From: an uncultured Verrucomicrobiae bacterium | GTDB lineage: Bacteria > Verrucomicrobiota > Verrucomicrobiia > Limisphaerales > SIBH01 | Direction of reading: 5' to 3' | Assembly (NCBI GenBank): GCA_963760275.1 | Contig: CAVXCM010000013.1 | Location: 910,653 to 974,652, forward strand | Length of the DNA: 64,000 bases | Notes under the pieces: generated by a model | Databases searched by the model: none | The model's input: only the letters and a program-made list of their open reading frames with translations | Told to the model about the DNA's origin: nothing | Position numbers and translations under genes: made by a program | Shown: positions 11,126-20,796 of the stretch, piece after piece | Position numbering within the stretch: position 1 is the stretch's first letter | Layout: every line of letters starts with the position of its first letter

Positions 11126-11972
11126 ATGGCCGAAATTACAGCTAGTGCCGTCGCGAAACTTCGCGAAATGACGAATGCAGGTTTGATGGATTGCAAGAAG
11201 GCTCTCACCGAGTCCAGCGGGGACCTCGATGCGGCCGTGGATATTCTGCGGAAGAAGGGGCAGGCCTCCGCCGCCAAGAAAGCCGGACGTGACGCGAAGG
11301 AAGGGGTGATTGCCGTCCACATTGCTACCTGGAGCGAGGGTGGGCGTGATTGTCGAAATCAACTGCGAAACGGATTTCGTGGCGCGTAACGAAAGCTTCC
11401 GTGCCTTCTGTGATGAGATCGCGAAGAAGTTGGCGGCAAATCCCCAGGCGGATCTCGAAGCCGATCGCGTGGCGGCGGTCTCCAAGATTGGTGAGAACGT
11501 CTTGATCAGCCGTCATCAACGCATTGAAGTAAGTGGCAATGGCCTCGTGGCGGCCTACATCCATACGGGCGCCAAAGTCGGCGTGCTGGTGGAGGTCGGA
11601 GCGAACAATGCCGAGACCGCGCAAAAGGAGGAGTTCAAGCAACTCGTGCGTGACATCACGCTTCAAATCGCGGCTTCCCATCCCGGGGCCGTTTCCCGCA
11701 ACGAAGTTTCAAAAGCCGTCATCGATAAGGAAGACGAGATCAACAAGCAATCGGACCGGCTGAAGGGCAAGCCCGCCCAGGCCATGGAGAAGATTCTCCA
11801 GGGAATGCGGGAGAAATTCTTCCAGACCTTCTGTCTCGTGGATCAGGGGTTTGTGAAGAATCCTGAAATGACCGTGCAGCAACACGTTGGTTCCGTTTCC
11901 AAAACGCTGGGCGACGAAATCACGATCCGCCGGTTCGTGCGCTTCCAAGTTGGAGAAGCAACGGCGGCCTGA
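11126..11972 (+). CDS. tsf: translation elongation factor Ts, one +1 frame break at about 11327
   Basis: N-terminal UBA-like [27 protein letters not shown]...GVIAVHIA is in the frame of 11126. The continuation [22 protein letters not shown]... is in the frame of 11310. The junction reads gct[a]cctgga. Confidence 0.93.
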
Positions 11973-11991
11973 GCAGCCGGATTTGTCGGAC

Positions 11992-12022
11992 GCCGCGCCT
12001 TTTCACGAAGGCGCGGCTTTTT
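11992..12022 (+). terminator. Rho-independent terminator after tsf
   Basis: Perfect 10-bp stem GCCGCGCCTT (11992-12001) / AAGGCGCGGC (12008-12017), 6-nt loop, then TTTTT (12018-12022). Confidence 0.85.
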
Positions 12023-12101
12023 CGTTGGCGGTTCGTTGACTCATGGGTGAGCCACTGCTACAACCCGCCCGCATGTTTTCTTTGGTTTGTCAGGCGCGCG
12101 C

Positions 12102-12824
12102 ATGAAATCTCAAAAAGCCAAATATCGCCGTATCTTGTTGAAGCTCTCCGGCGAAGCGTTGGGCGATGCCAACAGCAATGGCATTGATGGCGCCCGTGTT
12201 TCGGACATGGCGGAGCAAATTGCCGAAGTACGTGAATTGGGGATCGAGGTGGTGATCGTCATTGGCGGTGGCAATATTTTCCGCGGCGTCGCCGGCAGCG
12301 AGAAAGGCATTGAGCGGGCGACGGCCGACTACATGGGAATGCTCGCCACGGTGATTAACGCCCTCGCTTTGCAGGACGCTCTGGAACGCCGGGGCACGCC
12401 GACGCGAGTCCAAAGCGCCATCAACATGACCCAGATTGCGGAGCCTTTCATTCGCCGCCGCGCGGTGCGCCACCTGGAGAAGGGGCGCGTGGTGATTTTT
12501 GCTGCCGGCACCGGCAATCCTTATTTCTCCACCGACACCGCAGCGGCGTTGCGAGCGAACGAGATTGGCGCGGAAGTGATTTTGAAGGCGACCAAGGTGG
12601 ACGGCATTTACGACAGCGATCCCAAGAAGAATCCGAAAGCCCTTCGTTATGCGCGTATCAGCTACCTAGAAGCATTGCAAAAGCAGCTCAAGGTCATGGA
12701 CTCGACCGCCTTCAGTCTCTGCATGGACAACAAGATGCCGATCATCGTGTTTGACTTGTTCAAGTCGCACAACTTGAAGCGCGTGGTGTTGGGAGAGGAA
12801 GTCGGGACGCTGGTGACCGGATAG
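12102..12824 (+). CDS. pyrH: UMP kinase
   Basis: [20 protein letters not shown]... and [33 protein letters not shown] are canonical PyrH. ATG at 12102 is preferred over the TTG at 12087. Confidence 0.95.
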   Translation: MKSQKAKYRRILLKLSGEALGDANSNGIDGARVSDMAEQIAEVRELGIEVVIVIGGGNIFRGVAGSEKGIERATADYMGMLATVINALALQDALERRGTPTRVQSAINMTQIAEPFIRRRAVRHLEKGRVVIFAAGTGNPYFSTDTAAALRANEIGAEVILKATKVDGIYDSDPKKNPKALRYARISYLEALQKQLKVMDSTAFSLCMDNKMPIIVFDLFKSHNLKRVVLGEEVGTLVTG

Positions 12825-12839
12825 TTCCGGCACGAGCCG

Positions 12840-13307
12840 TCACCGCGTGGGCTCGGTGGCACGAGCCGTTTCGCTGGTGACGTGAAACGTTGGTCGGGTA
12901 TTGAGCGGACGCTTTATGTGTTCCGAAAGCCACTCCTTGATTTCCCGTATGAAACCGCCGTTACCTTCCTGGATTTCAAACACAACACGAACCGGGGGGC
13001 CGGGGTCGTTAATTGGCACGCCCACCGTCATACCACCGAAGCTACCCATCAATACGGGGGTTCGTCCCTCGTTTGTCCACTGCCCCGGGGCTTCCGCGCG
13101 GTAAACATGCGCGGCGAACAAGTTGAGATAGCCGGGATGGTTGCTGATCTTGAACAGAGCCAGATTCCTTCCAAGTGCGTTCGTGAAGGACTGGAAATGG
13201 AATTCTGATTGCGCCTTCAGCGGTTGAACAGGATGTCGGTTCATCAGCAAGAGGATGACGGCGCCGCCCACAAAGACGAGGATGAGCAAGACCAACATCT
13301 TTTTCAT
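12840..13307 (-). CDS. hypothetical membrane-anchored protein
   Basis: ATG-initiated 155-aa ORF with an N-terminal TM helix MKKMLVLLILVFVGGAVILLLM. I recognise no family. Confidence 0.5.
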   Translation of the reverse strand: MKKMLVLLILVFVGGAVILLLMNRHPVQPLKAQSEFHFQSFTNALGRNLALFKISNHPGYLNLFAAHVYRAEAPGQWTNEGRTPVLMGSFGGMTVGVPINDPGPPVRVVFEIQEGNGGFIREIKEWLSEHIKRPLNTRPTFHVTSETARATEPTR

Positions 13308-13409
13308 GCGGCCTACTCTGCACGCCGGGAATCGGGAAACAACATCAAGGGCGGGCGATCAGGGTTTGCACTTTCCGCCCTTCCATCCAGCCGATACAAC
13401 CACGCGCAC

Positions 13410-14390
13410 ATGATCATCAGCCGGACACCGCTGCGCATGAGTTTTGTGGGAGGCGGGAGCGATCTGCCTTCCTTCTACCGGAAGTTTGGCGGCGCAGTGG
13501 TGTCCACGGCGATCAACAAGTTCGTTTACATCACGCTGAACGAAAAGTTCGACCATCGCATCCGGGTGAGCTACTCGCGCACGGAGGAGGCGGACTCGGT
13601 CGCGGAAGTTCAGCATCCGCTTGTTCGTGAATCGATGAAACTGCTGAACGTGCAGGGTGGGATCGAAATCACTTCCATTGCCGATATTCCCTCTAAAGGC
13701 TCGGGGCTTGGCTCTTCGAGCGCCTTTACCGTCGGACTGCTCCATGCACTCCACGCCTACGCTGGTCGTTCTTCAAATGCAGAACAGTTGGCTCGCGAAG
13801 CGTGTTCCATCGAGATCGAGCGCTGCGGGGAACCGATTGGGAAACAGGACCAGTTCGCGGCCGCATACGGCGGTTTCAACTTCATCCAGTTCGAGCCGGA
13901 TGATTCAGTGCGCGTCGAACCCATCATGTGCCGTCCCGAAATTTTGAAGCAATTGGAGGAGAACATTCTTGTTTTTTACACCGGCATCTCGCGCAGCGCT
14001 TCGGCCATTCTGAAGAATCAGCAGGATGTCGTGGCGCAGAGCCCTGGCAAGCAACGCGTCATGCAGCGCATGGTGCAACTGGCTGGCGTTCTCCGTAAGG
14101 AACTGCAGGGAAACAATCTCACCAGTTTTGGCGAAATCTTACGGGAGGGGTGGGAATTAAAGAACAGCCTCACACCGGAAATCAGCAACGAGCAAATCAA
14201 TGCCTGGCACGCGGCCGGCATTCGAGCCGGGGCCGAAGGAGGCAAACTCCTGGGCGCGGGCAGCGGGGGATTTCTGATGTTTTATGCGGGGCGCGAGAAT
14301 CACGAAGGGATTGCGCACGCCCTCAAAGAATTACGCCGAATCCCGGTCGCCTTTGAATCAGAAGGCAGCCGGATCATCTTCGTCCACTGA
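13410..14390 (+). CDS. GHMP-family sugar kinase (D-glycero-D-manno-heptose 7-phosphate kinase-like)
   Basis: Start at the internal ATG (MIISRTPLRMSFVGGGSDLPSFY). GHMP ATP-binding motif PSKGSGLGSSSA. The upstream ORF extension from 13209 overlaps the divergent gene. Confidence 0.8.
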   Translation: MIISRTPLRMSFVGGGSDLPSFYRKFGGAVVSTAINKFVYITLNEKFDHRIRVSYSRTEEADSVAEVQHPLVRESMKLLNVQGGIEITSIADIPSKGSGLGSSSAFTVGLLHALHAYAGRSSNAEQLAREACSIEIERCGEPIGKQDQFAAAYGGFNFIQFEPDDSVRVEPIMCRPEILKQLEENILVFYTGISRSASAILKNQQDVVAQSPGKQRVMQRMVQLAGVLRKELQGNNLTSFGEILREGWELKNSLTPEISNEQINAWHAAGIRAGAEGGKLLGAGSGGFLMFYAGRENHEGIAHALKELRRIPVAFESEGSRIIFVH

Positions 14391-14403
14391 CGCTCTCCAG
14401 CGA

Positions 14404-14565
14404 TCAAGACTCCGGTCTCAGCACCACGATCGCCAATAATCCGGCCACGACAGCAACAGAGGCCGGTGCGGAAACGCCGGTCATGCGCGCGAATTGCATC
14501 AAAGCGGGAAGCATCGCCAAAAGCAGCAAAACCAGCACGAACGTCATTAGCGGGATTAATCTCAT
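14404..14565 (-). CDS. small hydrophobic protein (two predicted TM segments)
   Basis: ATG-initiated 53 codons MRLIPLMTFVLVLLLLAMLPALMQFARMTGVSAPASVAVVAGLLAIVVL, immediately downstream of the BON gene. Confidence 0.35.
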   Translation of the reverse strand: MRLIPLMTFVLVLLLLAMLPALMQFARMTGVSAPASVAVVAGLLAIVVLRPES

Positions 14566-14572
14566 GGTTCTC

Positions 14573-14893
14573 TCATCGCACAGAGATTTTATTGTCCACG
14601 TTCTGAACGCCGCGAACGCTCTTGGCAATTTCGCCCGCCGTTGACTTCTGGGCTGATGTCCCGACGAACCCACTCAACTGCACGCTGCCGCGCATGCTCT
14701 CGACGTGGACGTCCGTGAATTTGTAGTCGGGACTTTCGTTCAGCGCCGCTTTAACACGTCCGCTCAGCGATTTGTCGTCCATGTACTGTCCAGCAGTCCG
14801 TCCTCCGCGCTGGTCAGTCGTACAACCGATGGGGAGGAAGGAAATGCTGCTGATAATCACCAACCACCGGACTACGAGAAATCTCCTTTTCAT
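14573..14893 (-). CDS. BON-domain lipoprotein (OsmY-like)
   Basis: Lipobox-like SSISFLPIGC after MKRRFLVVRWLVII. BON domain DDKSLSGRVKAALNESPDYKFTDVHVESMRGSVQLSGFVGTSAQKSTAGEIAKSVRGVQNVDNKISV. Confidence 0.75.
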   Translation of the reverse strand: MKRRFLVVRWLVIISSISFLPIGCTTDQRGGRTAGQYMDDKSLSGRVKAALNESPDYKFTDVHVESMRGSVQLSGFVGTSAQKSTAGEIAKSVRGVQNVDNKISVR

Positions 14894-15129
14894 GATGGGC
14901 CAGGGTAGCCAATCGAATGCCAGCCTCACCTCACCGACTGGAAGTCGTCATTATGGGGCGAGCCGGTGACACGCTTCATTTGATTCGCACTCTGCCGCTT
15001 GCAAGGCGCAACTAACAATGTTCCAAAGACTGCACAGTGCGCGAGAGGGCGTGTTTCTATTTCCCAATCATCATTGTTTCCTTAATGTCCGTGACCGAAC
15101 GCCTACAACAGTATGAACCAGCCTCAACC

Positions 15130-16434
15130 ATGAAAGCTGTCCTGCTAATCGAGGATGACGAGGCCTTGCGGCCAATGATCGCTGCGCTTTTGGGTGAAAA
15201 CGGCTGGAAGGTCTTGGAAGCATCGGATGGCGAGGCTGGTATCCATCTTGCCCGCCAGCACAAGCCTGATGTGGTCGTGTGCGATCTGCTGATGCCCCGT
15301 TGTAATGGCTATCAAGTATGCCGGGCCATTCGTGCCACTCCCGACCTGCATGGGACACGGATCGTGATGATTTCCGGTCGCGGTTATTACACAGATCGGC
15401 TCAATGCGTTGGAAGCGGGTGCGGACGAATATCTGATTAAGCCGGTCCAAGCCGAGGAATTGCGTGAAGCACTTACCCGCATGACGGAGGGAAACTCCCC
15501 AACCAAGGCGGCGGGGCGTCCAGCCCCTTCCCAAACTTCGGGGCCGACTCGTGTTAAATTTTGGGGTGTTCGTGGCTCGATCGCTTCACCGGGGCCCGAA
15601 ACAGTTTTTTATGGAGGTAACACCTCCTGCGTTGAAGTGCGTGCTGACGGGGAGATAATCGTGCTCGACGCTGGGACTGGGATTCGGATGCTTGGTTTGA
15701 GCCTCGCCGAAGAATTCGATGGGCAGCCGCTGAACCTGACGCTTCTTCTCACGCACACCCACTGGGATCATATCCAGGGATTCCCATTCTTTGTGCCCGC
15801 TTACGACCCGAAGAATACGGTTCGAATTTTGGGATACGAGGGCGCCCGTCAGGGCTTGGCGGCCACTTTGGGTGCACAGATGGAAAGCCCCTACTTCCCC
15901 GTCGGCATCAAAGAACTTCCCGGCAACATCACGATCGAAGAATTGCGGGACATGGAGTTCATGGTCGGCGCTGTGCGCGTGCGGGCGATGTTTGTGAATC
16001 ATCCCGGCATCTGCGTGGGGTATCGCCTTGAGACCAGCGGCGGCTCCGTGGTGTTCATCCCCGACAACGAGCCGTTCCTCCGGCTGCGCACCCAGCCCAG
16101 AAACATGGACCCACACGCGGCGGAATTTGCGGAGGCGCAGGATGCGAAGCTTGTTGAGTTCATACGGGAAGCCGACTTGCTCATCATCGATGCTCAATAC
16201 GATGCGGCTGAATACGAATCCCATGTCGGTTGGGGGCATTCCTGTGTTGATGACGTCGCGGCCCTCGCCACGCGGGCAAACGTCAAGCAGCTCTTTTTAT
16301 TCCACCATGATCCGACGCACAATGACGAGCGAGTTTCCCGAAGCCTGGCCCACGCGCGTCGCCTTGTGGGTGATGCCACGTTGGTGGAAGCGGCGCGCGA
16401 AGGACTCGAAGTGCTTCTGAAGGCCAAGGGCTGA
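15130..16434 (+). CDS. response-regulator receiver domain fused to MBL-fold metallo-hydrolase
   Basis: REC domain MKAVLLIEDDEALR...PDVVVCDLLMP...EYLIKP. MBL motif LLLTHTHWDHIQGF (HxHxDH). Start could also be 15085 or 15037. Confidence 0.8.
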   Translation: MKAVLLIEDDEALRPMIAALLGENGWKVLEASDGEAGIHLARQHKPDVVVCDLLMPRCNGYQVCRAIRATPDLHGTRIVMISGRGYYTDRLNALEAGADEYLIKPVQAEELREALTRMTEGNSPTKAAGRPAPSQTSGPTRVKFWGVRGSIASPGPETVFYGGNTSCVEVRADGEIIVLDAGTGIRMLGLSLAEEFDGQPLNLTLLLTHTHWDHIQGFPFFVPAYDPKNTVRILGYEGARQGLAATLGAQMESPYFPVGIKELPGNITIEELRDMEFMVGAVRVRAMFVNHPGICVGYRLETSGGSVVFIPDNEPFLRLRTQPRNMDPHAAEFAEAQDAKLVEFIREADLLIIDAQYDAAEYESHVGWGHSCVDDVAALATRANVKQLFLFHHDPTHNDERVSRSLAHARRLVGDATLVEAAREGLEVLLKAKG

Positions 16435-16514
16435 CCTGTCTGCGGCAGCGTGGAAAAAGGCGGCGGTTCATCCCTTCATTTACCCCGCATACCCCGCGTG
16501 GCTTCCCGCGTTCC

Positions 16515-17609
16515 TTACAACCCGTGGTTCGTTCGGCGCAGTAATACGACGCCCAGGGCCTGGAAAACGAAGTTGGGCAGCCAGACGATGAGGTAGGGCG
16601 CGTATTGGGGCTTGGTATCGAGCGACTGCCCGAGAATCAGGAAGCTGTAATAGGCCAGCACCAATACAAGGGAGATTGCAATGCCGACACTGGTCTCCCG
16701 GCGGTGCGCTCGAATTCCCAAAGGGATTCCAACCAATGCAAACCCGATGCAGGCAAACGAGAAGGCGATTTGAGAATGTATTTGCACGTCCACGGGCGTG
16801 GTAGGGATCCCTTTGGCAACAAGTTCGCGTCGTTTTTCCCGCAGCTCCATGAAGCCCAAGTCCGAAAGGCCGGGCTGCTTGGTGGCTCTTTCCTGCAATC
16901 CCAGTTCGATCGCCGCCTGGCCCCAATGCGATGGGCGGTGTTGGCCGTCGCGTCCGTCCACATGGGAGGCGTCAAAAAGTTGCAGCCGAATCACCCGGTT
17001 CGTTCCCGTGGAATCGAGGGCAAAGGTGCCGCGCGGTGCGCGCGTGGTGCTGAGCAGGTTGCTCCCGCTTTTATCCATCTCGTAAAGATAGATGTCTTTG
17101 ACCTCGTTCCCGCGGAGACGTCCGAAGTAGATGGTGTAGGGCTTGAAGTCCCGGATAAAAGTGCGCTCCTGGAGCAGCATGTCGAACCGTTCCATTGCAC
17201 TCTTGAAGAGAAGGCGCTTGTAGGCCACACGGCATTGCGGCGCGAGTTCAAGGTTCACAAACGCACACACCGCACTGAGCAACACGCTTAGGACAAGAAT
17301 CGGGGTGATCAAAGAAAGTAAACTAATGCCGCTCGCCCGCACCGCGGTCAGCTCGTTGTCGGCACTGAATCGTCCAAACGTCAGCAACGTTGCCGTCAGC
17401 ATCGCCATGGGCAATGCAAAGACGAGCACGTAGGGAATCAACAGTCCCACCGCCTGGAGTACGGTGAGCAGCGTCACCTGCCGGTTGACGAGCAGTCCCA
17501 GGATTTCCCGCAGCACGTTGCCGATCAGCAGGACAAAGGTGAAAACGCCCACTGTCAGCACCAGGGATCCAAGCACCTGGCGGGTTAAATACGTGTGAAG
17601 GGTCTTCAC
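16515..17609 (-). CDS. LptF/LptG-family (YjgP/YjgQ) permease
   Basis: [36 protein letters not shown]...[21 protein letters not shown] is typical of LPS export permeases. Six hydrophobic segments with a central periplasmic domain. Confidence 0.8.
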   Translation of the reverse strand: MKTLHTYLTRQVLGSLVLTVGVFTFVLLIGNVLREILGLLVNRQVTLLTVLQAVGLLIPYVLVFALPMAMLTATLLTFGRFSADNELTAVRASGISLLSLITPILVLSVLLSAVCAFVNLELAPQCRVAYKRLLFKSAMERFDMLLQERTFIRDFKPYTIYFGRLRGNEVKDIYLYEMDKSGSNLLSTTRAPRGTFALDSTGTNRVIRLQLFDASHVDGRDGQHRPSHWGQAAIELGLQERATKQPGLSDLGFMELREKRRELVAKGIPTTPVDVQIHSQIAFSFACIGFALVGIPLGIRAHRRETSVGIAISLVLVLAYYSFLILGQSLDTKPQYAPYLIVWLPNFVFQALGVVLLRRTNHGL

Positions 17610-17727
17610 GTTCGAATGGACCGGCCTGCGATATGCCGCGTTCTAAAACTAAAATACATCACCACATTATGCAGTTGGCGGTTGGTGCCGGAAACAAAAA
17701 GGCGGCGCAGCCCGGCAAAACAAACCG

Positions 17728-19537
17728 TCATGGCTTTAATTTCGTTCGCACCAGTTCAGGGAGATATTTCACCGGAACCGATCCCTGCGAGAGAACCGCT
17801 TCGTGATACCGGGCGAGGCTGAATTTTTCTCCCAACTCGCGCTGCATTTGTTCCCGCAAGCGGACGTGCGCCATGCGGCCCACGAAGTACGTGCTCAGTT
17901 GCGTCGATGTTTGTTTCGCCCGAACCAGCTTGGCTCTCGCCTCCTCTTCGGATTGGAACGCTCCGTTCGTCATCAGTTCAATGGCTGCTTCGTCGGACAT
18001 TTCCTGCACATGGAGCTTATGATCGAGGATGGCATTGCACACCGCGCGCAAATAGAACTTCAACTGGTTCAGCCGCAACGCCAGTTCGTCCGTGCCCGCC
18101 CCGTAGCCTTGGTCGAGCATCATCTGCTCTGTGTAAACGGCCCATCCTTCAATGGTGACGCCGGATTGCAGAACGCGCCGAAGGAAAGAGGGGGTACGGC
18201 TGGAATATTCGAGCTGCACGTAATGGCCCGGATAGGCTTCGTGGATGGTGAGGATTTGCAGCATGTGCCGGTTGTACTCCTCGAGCAGGCTCCGAGTGCG
18301 CTGCGGAGTCCAATCGCTGGCGGGCGGGCTGATGGCGTAAAAGCTCGGCGCTTCCGGGTCGAGCGGCGGCGCGCCGTTCAAGTAGGCGAGGGAATTGCCT
18401 CGCTGAAACTCCGGCATCTCAATGATCTGGCAACGATCAGGTTCCGGCAGGCGTAAGATGTTTTTCTCGCGGATGAACTTTTTGATTTGATCGACCTGCG
18501 CCCGTGCATCCACCAGCAATTCCTCCGGCTTGCTGTGTTCCTTCGACACTGCCGCAATGACCTTGGCCACCGTTTCGCGCCGACCGGCGACGTCTGTGAC
18601 CGGCAACGGCGTCATGGGGAAATACCGATGCCAAAGCTGGCGTGCTACAACATACATGTCGCTATGCACCCGGGAGAATTCGGTCTCGGCATCCCGCAGA
18701 ACTTCCTCCGCGGTTAAACCGGCGTTCAAGGTGAGCTCCAGTTTCCGCGCGAATTTCCGTTTACCTAACCGCCATTCGCCGGTGGCGGCGCGGCAATAAA
18801 TCCTTCTCCAGAAAATCTTGGTACTCTTTCAGGACGGGCACAATCCGCGCCGCTTCCGCCTTGAGGGTTTCAAGTTGTGATGTTTCACCGACCGCTTCAA
18901 ACAGGTCCTTTTCGTAAAAGCCAATCGAACCTTTATTCTGACGAATGGCCGTCTCCAGGACCACGCGCGGAGGATGTTTCAGGTTCAATTTTGCCGCGGC
19001 AACGACCGCGGGAACGCCTTTCATTCGTTGGATGGCATTGGCCACGTTCGTCTCCTTGGGCAACCGCGATTGGGTGAGAAGTAGGAAGATGCTGTCGCTG
19101 ATGTATTCGTTGTAGATGCGCGGGTTGTTTGCGAAGGGCTGAGTGTTCTCGCGCACCCAGATCGCTGCCTCCAGTTCGTGCGCGAAAATATCGAAGTTGA
19201 TGCGTTCATCGGCTGACAGTTTCGTCCGGTCAATATCCCGTCGGAGCCGCGCGCGGGATTGCTTCAAGTGATCGAGCGAGTTTTCCAGCCCCGCTGGGGA
19301 AAGGTCATCCAACTTGTGATCGAAGCGATGATCGCCCAGTTGTGTCGCCTCCATGGGATGCAGCGCAAAACGCTCGTCGAGGTACCGGCGGAAGAATGTT
19401 TCAAGCTGCGACTCGGCGCCCGAGGCCTGGGACGAGAGGAGGAATACGGTGAGCAGCCCGAAAACAAATTGCCCGTGGGCGTCTCGCTTCAAGCAGAGGC
19501 GGATGAAACTGAACAAGGCTGTTTTGAATTTACGCAT
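17728..19537 (-). CDS. DUF885-family protein (metallopeptidase-like), one +1 frame break at about 18785-18795
   Basis: N-terminal part is ORF 18761..19537 and the C-terminal part is 17728..18729. They join as EKDLLPR/AATGEWRLGKRKFARKLELTLNAG. The HEAYPGHY motif is characteristic of DUF885. Confidence 0.75.
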
Positions 19538-20796
19538 AACGATCTGGATTCAGCAGTGTGATGGGGAGCGACGGCTCTTCGCCACTGAGGATTTCGCTGA
19601 TCAGCCGGCCGGTGATTGGTCCCAAGCTCAAGCCCATCATGGCGTGGCCGGTGGCGATGGTGAGGTTCGAGAACTTCGCCGTGCGGCCGAGATACGGCAG
19701 CCCATCCGGCGAGCACGGACGCAAGCCGCGCCACGGCTGGATGCCCGCGAAATCCTCCGGCGGTGAACTTCGGAAAGTATTTCGGCACCGCCTTGATGAT
19801 GCCGCGCACGCGCACGGGATTGATGTCCTCGTTCAAGCCCGGCGATTTCCATCGTGCCGCCGAAGCGCAGCGTGTCGCCCATCGGCGTCACCGCCACGCG
19901 CGCCTCGGTGAAGATGGAACAAAGCTGCGGCAGTTCGCGCGGCTTGGTGAGCGTGAGGCTGTAGCCTTTGCCGGCTTGCATCGGGAGTTTCAGTCCGAGT
20001 TCGCGCGCCGAGTGACGGGAGACCACGAACCGCCGCAGAGGATGAATTCGTCTGCCGCGAACTCGCCCGACAGCCGTCGCAGACTGCCGGAGACACGACT
20101 GAACCGTTTTGCGCGAACGGCAGTCACCTCGGTGCGCCCAAACAAACTTCACGCCCAGCGCGTCGCACTGCCGCTTCAATCCCCGCCATGAAGCGATTCG
20201 GCGAGAGATGGCAGTCCTTCGGGAAATAAACGCCGCCCACCACGTCCATCGTCACCGTCGGGATCGAGTTTCGCGAGTGCCTTGGCATCGAGCACCTGCG
20301 CCGGCACGCCGAGTTCATTGGCTTGCGCGGCGTACTTCGCCTCGTCATCCAGGCCATGCTGGGTTTTGCAGAGCATCACCAGGCCTTTCTTCACCAGACC
20401 GAAGTCATTGTCTGGCAGCGCCGCCAGTTCCTCGAAGCAATCACGGCTGGCGAAACTCAAATCGCGAATCAACGGTGCGCTGCGTTCAACGTGTGCGCAT
20501 TCGCGGCGCGCATGAACTTCCAGCCCCACGACATCAGCTCCCAGTTCAGGCGCGGCTTGATGTAGAGCGGCGACTCGGGATTCCACATCCACTTGAGCGC
20601 CGTGCTCACCGACGCCCGGCGCCGCCAGCGGCACGAAGTGACTCGGCACCACCATGCCCGCGTTGCCGAACGAGCAGCCATCTCGCTCATCGGCATTCCG
20701 ATCGATGACGGTGACGCGATGGCCGCGGCGTGCGCAGTAATAGGCAGTGGAAAGGCCAATCACACCGGCGCCGATGACGAGAATGCGTTTGCTCAT
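19530..20796 (-). pseudogene. FAD-dependent D-amino-acid dehydrogenase (DadA-like; candidate cis-4-hydroxy-D-proline dehydrogenase), about 8 frame breaks
   Basis: FAD fold MSKRILVIGAGVIGLSTAYYCARRGHRVTVIDR. DadA-like blocks are scattered over three frames: STALKWMWNPESPLYIKPRLNWEL / HVERSAPLIRDLSFASRDCFEEL / TVTMDVVGGVYFPKDCHLSPNRF / LGVKFV / TEVTAVRAKRFSRVSGSLRRLSGEFAADEFILCGGSWSP / ELGLKLPMQAGKGYSLT...TMEIAGL / NEDINPVRVRGIIKAVPKYFP / DFAGIQPWRGLRPCSPDGLPYLGR...TGHAMMGLSLGP. Confidence 0.8.
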
